NCBI GenBank assembly: GCA_000999715.1
Contig: LCGL01000001.1
Location: 323,139 to 387,138, forward strand
DNA: 64,000 bases
Reading direction: 5' to 3'
From: Candidatus Falkowbacteria bacterium GW2011_GWF2_43_32
GTDB lineage: Bacteria; Patescibacteriota; Patescibacteriia; Patescibacteriales; UBA12465
Positions 51,822 through 61,376 of the stretch are shown here, piece after piece. The translations under genes and the position numbers were made by a program. The first letter of the stretch is position 1. The number at the start of each line of letters is the position of its first letter. The notes under the pieces were generated by a model, which made no database searches, was not told where the DNA came from, and saw only the letters and a program-made list of their open reading frames with translations.

Positions 51822-52760
51822 ATGTATGATTTAATCATCATTGGTGCCGGTCCGGCCGGCATGACTGCCGGTATTTTTGCCACCAGGCGGGAAATGAAAA
51901 CTCTGATTATCGGTCGAGAGGTCGGAGGACAGTTAGTCTGGGCCAGTGAAATTGAAAATTATCCCGGGTTTCTTACAATAGACAGTTTGGATTTGATTAA
52001 TAAAATGAAAGAGCAGGCTACAACTTTCGGAGTTGAGCTGAAAGAAGATGAAGTGCAAAAAATCCAAAAGACCGAATATAACAGTTTTTTGGTTTATACC
52101 GGTCGGGAAAAATTTGAGGCCAAGACCGTGGTTATTGCCATGGGTTTATCGCCGCGACGTTTATCGATTCCGGGAGAGACCGAGCTTAATGGCCGAGGCG
52201 TTTCTTATTGCGCGAATTGCGACGGACCACTATTTCGCGGTAAAACCATTGCGGTTGTCGGTGGCGGAAACTCCGCTTTAGACGCCGCAGAAATGATGTC
52301 TAAAATCGCCAAAGAAGTTTACTTGATTCATCGTAGCGATAGTTTCAAGGCTTTTGATGTACTGGTAGATGAAGTAAAAAATCGTCCTAATATAAAAATT
52401 TTGATGAATACGGAAGTTAAATCAATTGGGGGAGAAGGGAAGGTGGAAAAAATAAAAATCATGGACAAACAGACAAGCGAAGAAAAAGATATTGTTTTGG
52501 ACGGCGTTTTTGTGGAAGTCGGCCGTTTGGCCAGTACGGAATTGGTTGCCGGCTTGGTGGAGCGTGACGCCAAACAACAAATTATTATAACCAACAAAGG
52601 AGAAACAAAGACCCCCGGATTGTTTGCCGCCGGCGATGTCACTAATTGCGAATTTAAACAAATTCCTATCGCCATGGGAGAGGCAACTACGGCGGCTTTA
52701 AGCGCCTATCAGTATTTGCAGTCAAAACAAGGCGGGACTTTTGTCGCCAAAGATTATTAG
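51822..52760 (+). CDS. trxB: thioredoxin-disulfide reductase
   Basis: 312 aa with GAGPAG, the redox-active CANCDG (CxxC) and GGGNSA motifs. Confidence 0.9.
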   Translation: MYDLIIIGAGPAGMTAGIFATRREMKTLIIGREVGGQLVWASEIENYPGFLTIDSLDLINKMKEQATTFGVELKEDEVQKIQKTEYNSFLVYTGREKFEAKTVVIAMGLSPRRLSIPGETELNGRGVSYCANCDGPLFRGKTIAVVGGGNSALDAAEMMSKIAKEVYLIHRSDSFKAFDVLVDEVKNRPNIKILMNTEVKSIGGEGKVEKIKIMDKQTSEEKDIVLDGVFVEVGRLASTELVAGLVERDAKQQIIITNKGETKTPGLFAAGDVTNCEFKQIPIAMGEATTAALSAYQYLQSKQGGTFVAKDY

Positions 52761-52831
52761 TATTCGGCGGTTATTTTGGCATCTTGGCGGTTATTTTGGT
52801 ATAATAGAGGCAGAAGAAACATTTTTAAAGT

Positions 52832-54121
52832 ATGGACTCAAAAAAAATAAATCTTGTGGCCGCCGACATGGGATACGGTCATCAGCGAGCCGCTTATCCT
52901 TTAATGGATTTGAGCGGGGGAGAAGTTATCACCATCAATAATTATCCGGGAATTCCCGATTGGGAAAAAGAATATTGGGTTAAGAGCTTGCGTTCTTACG
53001 AACGGATTTCTCGCTTTAAAAAAATTCCATTTTTGGGCGGTTTGGTTTTTGAAATTATGGACGCTTTTCAAAAAATCAAACCGTTTTATCCGTTTCGCGA
53101 CTTATCGCGGCCGACCGTTCAACAAAAATATTTTTTTAAGTTTATCAAAAAAGGCTTGGGAAAAGCCTTGATTAAAAAATTAAATCCCAGCGGCTTGCCG
53201 TTTGTCACGACTTTTTTCGTGGCCGCTTATATCGCGGAATACTACGATTATCAGGGCGATATCTATTGTATTATTTGTGATACCGATGCTTCGCGCGCTT
53301 GGGCGCCGCTTAATCCCGGAAACAGCCGTACTAAATTTTTAGTGCCGAACGCCAAAGTCAGAGAAAGATTTTTGATGTATGGCGTTAAAGCGGAAAATAT
53401 TTTTGTTTCCGGATTCCCTTTGCCGAAAGAAAATATTGGTGCCGACAAAAAGATATTAAAGACGGCCATTGCTCGCCGCTTGGCGGCGCTTGATCCGCAA
53501 GGAGTTTATCGTCAGCAGTATCAGGCCTTATTAAAAGAAATTTTGCCCGATTTTGCGCAAGAAGCCGTTTTGGAAATGGCTCATCCGTTGACAATTACTT
53601 TTGCGGTCGGCGGTGCCGGCGCGCAGGCGGAAATCGGCTCGGCTATCATGACTAAACTGGCGGAGGCCATTAAGCAAAAGAAAATAAATTTAAATTTAAT
53701 CGCCGGCAATCGTCCGGAAGTCAAGGATTATTTTATTGAAGAAATCCGCCGGCTTAAATTGGAGGCGGTGGCCGGTATTCAGATAATTTTTGATGCGGAT
53801 AAAGTTGAATACTTTAAAAAATTCAATCAATGCTTGAATCAAACCGATATTCTTTGGACCAAGCCTTCGGAATTGTCTTTTTATTGCGCCTTGGGCTTGC
53901 CGATCATCATGTCCGTGCCGGTCGGCAGTCAAGAAAATTTTAATCGAGAATGGTTGTTGACGATTGGCGCCGGCATTGACAGTTTGGAGCCGCAATATAT
54001 TGACGAATGGTTGCCGGATTTATTAGAGTCGGGACGATTGGCGCGAGCGGCGATAGACGGATTTTTGAATGCCGAACAATCGGGAGCCTATAATGTTGAA
54101 AAGTTGCTGTTAGAAAAATAA
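52832..54121 (+). CDS. putative glycosyltransferase (MGDG-synthase/MurG-like fold); assignment uncertain
   Basis: 429 aa. The N-terminal DMGYGHQRAA resembles the GxGH motif of GT28-type enzymes. The gene lies in a cluster with another GT, a GH and a DMT transporter. Confidence 0.35.
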   Translation: MDSKKINLVAADMGYGHQRAAYPLMDLSGGEVITINNYPGIPDWEKEYWVKSLRSYERISRFKKIPFLGGLVFEIMDAFQKIKPFYPFRDLSRPTVQQKYFFKFIKKGLGKALIKKLNPSGLPFVTTFFVAAYIAEYYDYQGDIYCIICDTDASRAWAPLNPGNSRTKFLVPNAKVRERFLMYGVKAENIFVSGFPLPKENIGADKKILKTAIARRLAALDPQGVYRQQYQALLKEILPDFAQEAVLEMAHPLTITFAVGGAGAQAEIGSAIMTKLAEAIKQKKINLNLIAGNRPEVKDYFIEEIRRLKLEAVAGIQIIFDADKVEYFKKFNQCLNQTDILWTKPSELSFYCALGLPIIMSVPVGSQENFNREWLLTIGAGIDSLEPQYIDEWLPDLLESGRLARAAIDGFLNAEQSGAYNVEKLLLEK

Positions 54122-54152
54122 TTTTAACGGTCGGTAATTAATTTTATAATTT

Positions 54153-55088
54153 ATGTCTTGGGTTTTTGTGGCCCTGGCCGCTTACTTGTTGTTAGCCATC
54201 GTCAATTTATTGGATAAATTTTTGGTGGATAATGTTTTAAAAAGCAGTAAAGCTTATGCTTTTATCGTGTGCACCCTCGGCTTGGCGGTTTTTTTGGCCG
54301 CTCCCTGGCTTTTGGAATGGCCGGGCTGGTTCCTGTTTCTTTTTAATATCGTCAACGGAGTGATTTTTGCCATTGCCTTGTGGTTGTTATATGAAGCTTT
54401 GCGACGCGGCGAGGCGGCGCGAATCCTGGTTTTTATCGGTGGAGTTACCCCGGTTTTTTCCCTGATTTTTTCTATTTTATTCTTTAAGGAACAATTTTCC
54501 CTTAGCCAATGGGCGGGAATAGTCGCCTTGCTTTCCGGAGTTTTCATCGTCGCTCTTTTGCCGGTGCAACGCAGTTTTTTGAAACGGGTTTTTAAAAAAT
54601 TGAGATTGACGCAAGAGGCGCGGCGGGGCGGTTTGGGGGCGGCCTTATTTTGCGCCTTGGCTTATTCCGTTTATTTTTTAGGCACAAAATACGCTTATAC
54701 CGGGCAGTCTTTCGCGAGCGCTTTTATTTGGACTCGTTTGGGGGCGGGATTATTCGTTTTATTGTTTTTAATCAAACGTGTCGATCGTTTGGCGATTACG
54801 GCGACTTTTTCCAAATCCAGCCCAGGAAAAAATAAATTTTTGGTGCTTTTTAATCAACTGATGGGCTCTACCGGATTCATTTTGCAAAATTATGCGGTTT
54901 TTTTGGGTTCGGTGGTTTTGGTCAACGCCTTGCAAGGCGTGCAATATGCCTTTCTTTTGATTGTCAGTACCGGCTTGGCTCTGTTTGCGCCGAAGTTATT
55001 GAAGGAAAATTTTTCTTGGCGAATTACGATTCAAAAAGCGGCCGCGGTTTTGGTGATTGTGTTGGGATTTTATTTTGTCACTCTTTAG
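54153..55088 (+). CDS. EamA/DMT-superfamily membrane transporter-like protein
   Basis: 311 aa with about 10 TM segments arranged as two EamA-like halves. Confidence 0.5.
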   Translation: MSWVFVALAAYLLLAIVNLLDKFLVDNVLKSSKAYAFIVCTLGLAVFLAAPWLLEWPGWFLFLFNIVNGVIFAIALWLLYEALRRGEAARILVFIGGVTPVFSLIFSILFFKEQFSLSQWAGIVALLSGVFIVALLPVQRSFLKRVFKKLRLTQEARRGGLGAALFCALAYSVYFLGTKYAYTGQSFASAFIWTRLGAGLFVLLFLIKRVDRLAITATFSKSSPGKNKFLVLFNQLMGSTGFILQNYAVFLGSVVLVNALQGVQYAFLLIVSTGLALFAPKLLKENFSWRITIQKAAAVLVIVLGFYFVTL

Positions 55089-55108
55089 AACGTATCATGC
55101 TTTAAAAT

Positions 55109-56167
55109 ATGCCCGTCGTTAAATCTTCTCAAATAAATATTAACGGTTCATCGCCTCGCCGAGGCACCTGGTTCAGAGTGGCGATGGCGATTTTTGTTCT
55201 TATTTTAATCGGGCTTCTTTATATTTTTAAAATCGCCGAATATCGTCCGGAAAAAGAGGGACTGGAACATCGGGCGGATTTTTTTGGCATCACTTTTTCT
55301 ACAAAATTCTGCGACGAACTCGGCTTGGGTTGGAAAGAGACTTATCGGGCGATATTGGACGAATTGCAGGTGAAATACATTAGAATTCCGGTTTATTGGG
55401 ACGAGATTGAAAGAGAAGAGGGCGTGTATGATTTTTCCGATTACGATTATCTTTTGGACACCGGAGAAAAAAATGATGTCAAATTTATTTTGAGCATCGG
55501 TCGTCGTATTCCGCGTTGGCCGGAATGTCATAGCCCGGCTTGGCTTAATCGTCAAAGCGAAACTGAAGCGCAGGCGGCGACGTTGAAGATGATTGCGACG
55601 GTTATTGAACGTTATCGCGATCGCGCCAGCATCGAATATTGGCAGATAGAGAATGAACCGTTTTTGGGAACCTTCGGCGTTTGCCCGCCCTTAGATGAGG
55701 AGTTCTTGCAACAAGAGTTCGCGTTGGCGCGCTCATTGGACGATCGTCAACTTATCATCACCGGCTCGGGAGAGTTAAGCTCGTGGAAAAAAGAGGCCGC
55801 CGTCGGTGACATTTTTGGCAGTACGTTATATCGCTCTATCCACAATAAAGTTGTCGGTCATATCCGATACCCTTTTTCCACTTGGTTTTATGAAACTAAA
55901 GCGAAAATGGCCGGGTTGACTCCGGAACGATTAATGGTTTTGGAATTGCAAGCCGAGCCTTGGGTGCCGCAAGGGAAAATGATTTATTTGTCCGACAGTG
56001 AAATCAACAGAACGATGAGTATTCAACAATTCAAGAATAACATTCAATATGCGGTTGATTTGGATTTCCGACGCGCTTATTTTTGGGGAACGGAGTGGTG
56101 GTATTGGCAAAAAAAATACGGCAATCCAGAATATTGGCGGATCGCCGCGAGCTTGTTTGCAGATTAA
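55109..56167 (+). CDS. glycoside hydrolase, clan GH-A TIM-barrel type (GH5/GH42-like), membrane anchored
   Basis: 352 aa with an N-terminal TM segment. IRIPVYWDEIEREEGVYDF and WQIENEP (the catalytic NEP acid/base motif) are present. Confidence 0.55.
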   Translation: MPVVKSSQININGSSPRRGTWFRVAMAIFVLILIGLLYIFKIAEYRPEKEGLEHRADFFGITFSTKFCDELGLGWKETYRAILDELQVKYIRIPVYWDEIEREEGVYDFSDYDYLLDTGEKNDVKFILSIGRRIPRWPECHSPAWLNRQSETEAQAATLKMIATVIERYRDRASIEYWQIENEPFLGTFGVCPPLDEEFLQQEFALARSLDDRQLIITGSGELSSWKKEAAVGDIFGSTLYRSIHNKVVGHIRYPFSTWFYETKAKMAGLTPERLMVLELQAEPWVPQGKMIYLSDSEINRTMSIQQFKNNIQYAVDLDFRRAYFWGTEWWYWQKKYGNPEYWRIAASLFAD

Positions 56168-56168
56168 A

Positions 56169-57245
56169 TTATTTTTCCAATAAAGACAATATTTTATTGT
56201 CGTTTTTATCAACCCATTCTTTGAAAGCGCGACGCGCTTCCGGAGAAGGGGTTTTTTGATGGTCGGTTATCAAAGAGAGATTAAAATTCGTCGCCGTTAT
56301 GGCCAATCCGGCTCGCTCGGCGTCAAAGGCGTTGCTTTTCTGTTCAAAATGGTTGATGGTCGGAATCATTAAAATCGGTTTTTGCAAATAAGCGGCCTCG
56401 GCGATAGAGTCAAAACCGGCGGTCGCGACGTAAGCGCGGCAAGAAGATAAATTATCAATAAATTGTTGGCCGCTGAGCTGATAAAAAACTAAATTAGGAC
56501 CGAAGATCGTTTTCTCTTCTCCGGGATTGTTCCAAAAAGCGCGGACGGAGCTTGTCGGATTGGCTTTCGCCCAGGAAATTATTTCTTCGCTATATCCGGA
56601 ATTCAACAGATAAACCAAAAGAAAGTTTCCAGTCACGGGGACGGTTTGTTTTATGGCCTGACGAATCAGCGGCGGACAAACAAACAGATTTTTTTCCGGG
56701 CAGTCATTTTCCGCCGTGAAAGACAGAGCGATTTTTATGGTCCGGCGCGGCGCGGTCAAACGGTTATATAAACGAAAGGAAAGCTTGGTCAGCCAGTGAA
56801 GCGGCGGGAAACGGAAAGCAGGATGAGCGATAAAATGCTGATGTCCGATACAAAACATCGGTCGTCGATCACGGGAAAATCGGTAGTAATTGCCGGCCAA
56901 AGGTTCATAGAAATTGACAAAAATATCCGGCGGAAATTCGGTCACGATTTTTTTTATTTTTTTAATTGACGCCAGATAATTCGGGAGACGCCAAAACGCT
57001 TGCCGTGCGCTGGCAAAGATTTTTATTCCTTTTTTGCCGGCATCGACTATAAAACGAGGACTGTCGACAGTGAAGAGAGGGCTTTTGATTTGTTCTTTGA
57101 AGAAAGTCGGCAGTTCGTCGCGGGAAGCGGAACCGACGACGACCGCCACGACCGCATGACCTCGGTTTTCCAGTTTTTCCTTTAAAGCCAGGGCTTGGGT
57201 CATATGGCCGCGTCCTTCGCCTTGAATGAAGAAGAAGTATTTCAT
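56169..57245 (-). CDS. glycosyltransferase (GT1/GT28 MurG-like family)
   Basis: 358 aa. The N-terminal FFIQGEGRGHMTQALAL is a G-rich GT-B motif, and there is a C-terminal nucleotide-sugar-binding-like region. Confidence 0.6.
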   Translation of the reverse strand: MKYFFFIQGEGRGHMTQALALKEKLENRGHAVVAVVVGSASRDELPTFFKEQIKSPLFTVDSPRFIVDAGKKGIKIFASARQAFWRLPNYLASIKKIKKIVTEFPPDIFVNFYEPLAGNYYRFSRDRRPMFCIGHQHFIAHPAFRFPPLHWLTKLSFRLYNRLTAPRRTIKIALSFTAENDCPEKNLFVCPPLIRQAIKQTVPVTGNFLLVYLLNSGYSEEIISWAKANPTSSVRAFWNNPGEEKTIFGPNLVFYQLSGQQFIDNLSSCRAYVATAGFDSIAEAAYLQKPILMIPTINHFEQKSNAFDAERAGLAITATNFNLSLITDHQKTPSPEARRAFKEWVDKNDNKILSLLEK

Positions 57246-57349
57246 AAGGAGCGCTGAAATTTATTGCGGTAAATTCGCTTTTATTATAGTAATAATCGGT
57301 TCAAAAAGCAAACCCGGAGTCAGGCGGTTTGAGAAGATAAAAAACGTTT

Positions 57350-58585
57350 TTATTTGAATGTCCGGCGCCTTCGGTTGAATGTCCGTTTCGTTTTCGGACG
57401 AGCGACATTAGGTTCCGATTTTTTGGACAAGCTGACAAATTCCGTTCGCTTGATATTTTTATTGATCAACCGTTCAATTTCTTTGATTTCTCGCGCTTGA
57501 TTGGCGGTGGCAAAAGTAATGGCTTTTCCCGCTTTGTCGGCGCGTCCCGTGCGACCGATGCGATGAACATAGTCTTCGGAATTGTCCGGCATATTATAGT
57601 TCACCACCAATTCAATATTATTGATGTCCAGGCCGCGCGCCGCCACATCCGTCGCCACCAGAATGCGCTTTTTTCCGGATTTAAAATCATTAAGTGCCGC
57701 GCGGCGACGATTTAAAGACAGATTGGAATGAATTTCCGTGGCTCGATGTCCGCCTGCCTGTAATTTTAGAGTTAAAGCTTTTACGCCGTGCTTGGTTCTG
57801 ACAAACACCAGAACCGAGCCGGCATAACGAGCCAGAATTTTTTCCAGATGGCTGAGCCGTTCTTCGCCGTTAATGATAAATATTTCTTGATCGACTTGAG
57901 CGGCCGTCGTTCCCGGTGGCGCGACTTCAATACTGACCGGCAGTTTCATATATTCGGTGGCGATTTTAACAATTGCCGCCGGCATCGTCGCCGAGAATAA
58001 CATGGTTTGACGTTCTGCCGGTGTTTGATTGAGGATTTCCTTAATCTGGGGAGCAAAACCTAAATCCAACATCATATCCGCTTCATCCAACACCAAAATA
58101 GTTATTTGATCCAATTTGAAAGTCCGGCGTTTTAAATGATCCAACAGTCTTCCCGGAGTGGCCACGACAATATGAGGTTTTTTGCGCAAACAAAAAAGCT
58201 GGCGGTCCAGGGATTCTCCGCCGATTAAACTGGCCGTGCGAAGCCCTAAAGATTGACCCAGTTTTTTCAAGCTTTCTTCAACCTGTAAAGCCAATTCACG
58301 GGTGGGCGCGATAACCAGTCCCTGCCCTTTGTTTAAGCCCAAGCGTTGTAACATGGGGATGCCGAAAGCAAAAGTCTTGCCGGTGCCGGTTTGTGCCACG
58401 CCAATCAAATCCTGACCGCTTATGGCCACGGGGATGGTTTTTTCTTGAATAGGCGTCGGTGTTTTGAGATTCAGTTTGGTCAAGGCCTCTAAAATTGATT
58501 GACTGATGCCCAAATCGGAAAATTGTTTTAAAGGTTGAGCCAAGCTTGTCCGGTCAACCCGGCTAGTGTTAATAGTGTGTTTCAT
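57350..58585 (-). CDS. DEAD-box ATP-dependent RNA helicase
   Basis: 411 aa with the Q-motif, AQTGTGKT, DEAD, SAT and HRIGRTGR motifs, plus a basic C-terminal tail. Confidence 0.95.
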   Translation of the reverse strand: MKHTINTSRVDRTSLAQPLKQFSDLGISQSILEALTKLNLKTPTPIQEKTIPVAISGQDLIGVAQTGTGKTFAFGIPMLQRLGLNKGQGLVIAPTRELALQVEESLKKLGQSLGLRTASLIGGESLDRQLFCLRKKPHIVVATPGRLLDHLKRRTFKLDQITILVLDEADMMLDLGFAPQIKEILNQTPAERQTMLFSATMPAAIVKIATEYMKLPVSIEVAPPGTTAAQVDQEIFIINGEERLSHLEKILARYAGSVLVFVRTKHGVKALTLKLQAGGHRATEIHSNLSLNRRRAALNDFKSGKKRILVATDVAARGLDINNIELVVNYNMPDNSEDYVHRIGRTGRADKAGKAITFATANQAREIKEIERLINKNIKRTEFVSLSKKSEPNVARPKTKRTFNRRRRTFK

Positions 58586-59024
58586 AATAAAAATAAGTGA
58601 CCCGATTATTCAAGGTCACTTAATATATGACGAAGATTCGAATCTTAATTTAATAGATTAATTATGGCATATAATTATAATTAAGTCAAGGATTATACGT
58701 TTTCGTTTCTTCGTTCTTTTGTCATTTTTCGTCAGCTTTAAGTTCTATCATTGTTAAACCAGCTTTTATTTGGACATATAAAAAGGTGCGAAAGGTTATT
58801 TAAGCGACGGTTTAATTATATAGGTAGCTTATCCATAGCGGCAGTTTATTAAAAAGTTAAAAAAGACCAGAATCATTGACATTTTTTATGATGTATGTTA
58901 ATTTATAACATTAAAACCGTTCTTTCAAAAATAGGGTTAAATTGGATTAATTATCAAATCCACCTGTTCAGGCGAATTTGTAGTTAATCTAATTATTCTT
59001 AAACCTTTATAAAATTGATAAATC

Positions 59025-59843
59025 ATGAAAAAAATTAGTGTATTGCTCGTAATGTCAGTTATTTTAGTTTGTCAGTGCTTCGGCCAGCAATATAAAATTG
59101 ATTATGAAAAAAATCGTTCCGGTAAAGACATTTACTATGTATCTAAAATTAAAATTGAAATTGAAGATGCAGATACTTTATTTTTTATCGATCAAGCTAT
59201 TCCTGGCATCAAACGAATTGAAGCTTATGAAGAAGGCATCGCCTTTTACGACACCAGTAGAGTGTCGAGCAATTATAATGCTAATCATTTTTGGCTAACT
59301 CGATATTATAATATGGAGTATAAAATTGCTAAATTTGATAAAGCCAAAAAAGAGATTAGACAAACTGTCGCAACTACGGTGTCATCAGATTCCTCTGTGT
59401 CTGTTGAAATTATAGTAATTTTGTTCCTGGCCATTATTTTGGTATTATCAATATTTTTAACAGAGACCGGTGATTGTTCTGACAAAGATATTGAAAAGCC
59501 GGAATTTGGACTCGTTTTTCTTCTTCCGTGGCTGGGTTATTCCATTTGTTTATTAGTTAGTTTTTTTGGTTCTTTTCATAATCCAGAATCACAAATATTT
59601 GTTGGAGTTCTCATGAGCGTAGCAGGTATATTTTTTGTTGTTTCAATGTTTACAACAAAGTGGAATAAAAATAAATATATTGTTTTCCAAACCGTGAACC
59701 TGTCTATTGCCTTGATGTCAATTGGTGCCATTACCGGAAGTTGGTGGGCATCTTTTGTCTCCATACTAGCTTCTTTATTTTGTTATTCAGTATTTGTAAT
59801 TGTTCGCCGGGCAGCTATTGCAATAACAGAGAAGATCAAATAG
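59025..59843 (+). CDS. hypothetical membrane protein (signal peptide, extracytoplasmic domain, 4-5 C-terminal TM segments)
   Basis: 272-aa ORF that is visibly AT-rich. A TTGACA-17-TAATTT promoter lies roughly 130 nt upstream of the ATG. I recognised no family. Confidence 0.45.
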   Translation: MKKISVLLVMSVILVCQCFGQQYKIDYEKNRSGKDIYYVSKIKIEIEDADTLFFIDQAIPGIKRIEAYEEGIAFYDTSRVSSNYNANHFWLTRYYNMEYKIAKFDKAKKEIRQTVATTVSSDSSVSVEIIVILFLAIILVLSIFLTETGDCSDKDIEKPEFGLVFLLPWLGYSICLLVSFFGSFHNPESQIFVGVLMSVAGIFFVVSMFTTKWNKNKYIVFQTVNLSIALMSIGAITGSWWASFVSILASLFCYSVFVIVRRAAIAITEKIK

Positions 59844-59919
59844 CTCAAAATTTACTCTGGTAATAAAATTGAAGTCTCAAAGGTATTTAAGAGGCCTTAA
59901 ACCAGCCTCTTTTTTATTT

Positions 59920-60060
59920 AGAGCGGGTAAGGGGAATAGCGTGCTCGATTATTCGTCGTCGCTTCCGCTCCTCCTCATATCTCGCTCGCTACCTGTCCGA
60001 TTCCCGGCTCGACTCTTATAAAATAAAACAGCCCCTGACGAGGCCGTTTCATTTTATAAG
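59920..60060 (-). repeat. tRNA-Gly trailer module: hairpin, inverted T-arm copy, GC-rich spacer, 18-bp repeat of the tRNA 3' end
   Basis: agagcgggtaaggggaat occurs at 59920-59937 and 60059-60076 (18/18). The hairpin is at 60015-60060. gtccgattccc (59995-60005) is an exact inverted T-arm copy. The spacer at 59938-59994 contains ctcgctcgct and cgtcgtcgcttccgc. Confidence 0.85.
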
Positions 60061-60132
60061 AGCGGGTAAGGGGAATCGGACCCCTCTCATAAGGTTGGAA
60101 ACCTTAGGTAATAACCACTATACGATACCCGC
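60061..60132 (-). tRNA. tRNA-Gly (anticodon UCC)
   Basis: Acceptor GCGGGTA/TACCCGC, anticodon stem TAAGG/CCTTA, loop TTTCCAA, T-arm GGGGTCCGATTCCCC. Confidence 0.8.
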
Positions 60133-60194
60133 CTATTTTTAGTTAATTATTTCGGATTATGACTAATATTATAAAATTAAACCCCGAAAGTCAA

Positions 60195-61376
60195 TTATTT
60201 GCTGTCTTTTAAGGAGAAAGTGAAAGCGAGACCGCTTAACATGATAATGGCCACAAACAAGAAAAGATAATTTAAAGGCCAAAAGGATAGAATCAAAAAA
60301 GCGATTCCCGGGCCGAGAATGTAACTTAAGGGTACGGCCAAACGAAAAAGATTGATTTGATTGATATTTTCGGCATCTACTAATTTAAAAAAATAACTTT
60401 CGCGCATCGCCTCTATCAAAGAAGCACCGATACGACTGAAAAACAACAATAGCGTCCAAAGCCAAACCAGCGGTATGCTGAGATAGGAAAAAAGAAACAG
60501 TGCCACGATTAAAATAACAAAACCGACAGTCAAAATCTCTTTTTCTCCCAGGTATTTATCGGCGATGATGCCGGCGGGAATTTCAAAAATAATGAAAGGA
60601 ATCAGCATGATAGAAAACATCGGGCCCAAAACGCTCCAGCTCATGTTTAGATTTTGATGAAGATAAAGAGGAATATACACTACGGCCGAACTGTAAAATA
60701 ATTGCAGGAGCAAAGAAATAAAGAAAATGCCGCGTAAATTTTTGTTATGCCACATTTTTCGGATCACGACGCCGATTTTTTCTTGGCGATATTTATTTTT
60801 GTCTTTCAGGTTCTTTTTTTGATAAGCGAAAATCAGAAAAACGGGGATAACCAATGCGGCGGCAATTAAAAATGGCAACGAATAATCGCTATAACCGATC
60901 AAGGAAGTGGCCGCTACCGGTGCCAAGATCCAACCGAGATTGATAAAAGTGAAATAAACCGCCCGAGTGCGCCCGGTGGAAGCGTTGTCCGAGAAACTTT
61001 CTACGGCGATGTCCATATTTATCCAAAGCAAATTGACGCTGACGGTAAAGAGAATGATGGCCAGGAGAGCGGCCCAGGGCCCGGTGGAAACGGCTAGTCC
61101 CAGGAGAGCCAAAGCGTAAAAGACAAGAACTATTTTCGTTAAAGAATAATTGGTCAGTCGTTTGATAAGTTTCGGGAAAAACCAAATGGCTATGGCCGCC
61201 GCCAAATTGGCGGTCATGAAAAATAGGCTGACGGATTTGATGTTGACGAACTGGCCCAAAAAATTGGATTGAGTATAAGCGGGCAGAGCCGTGGAAACAG
61301 CCAGCAGACAGCCCAAAAGATACAGAATAGCCAGACGTCGTTGGTTTCGTTTTTTAGTTTTTTTTGTAGAAAACAT
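60195..61376 (-). CDS. MFS-family transporter
   Basis: 393 aa with about 12 TM segments in two halves separated by a basic central loop. Confidence 0.7.
   Translation of the reverse strand: MFSTKKTKKRNQRRLAILYLLGCLLAVSTALPAYTQSNFLGQFVNIKSVSLFFMTANLAAAIAIWFFPKLIKRLTNYSLTKIVLVFYALALLGLAVSTGPWAALLAIILFTVSVNLLWINMDIAVESFSDNASTGRTRAVYFTFINLGWILAPVAATSLIGYSDYSLPFLIAAALVIPVFLIFAYQKKNLKDKNKYRQEKIGVVIRKMWHNKNLRGIFFISLLLQLFYSSAVVYIPLYLHQNLNMSWSVLGPMFSIMLIPFIIFEIPAGIIADKYLGEKEILTVGFVILIVALFLFSYLSIPLVWLWTLLLFFSRIGASLIEAMRESYFFKLVDAENINQINLFRLAVPLSYILGPGIAFLILSFWPLNYLFLFVAIIMLSGLAFTFSLKDSK

Noticed and set aside
58620-59020. AT-rich strings upstream of 59025 (tagattaattat...ataattaagtc; taatctaattattcttaaa) that resemble the unit-3/unit-6 leader palindrome
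   Set aside because: They share only about 13-15 nt of pure A/T sequence. In DNA this AT-rich, such a match could easily arise by chance, so I did not count it as homology.
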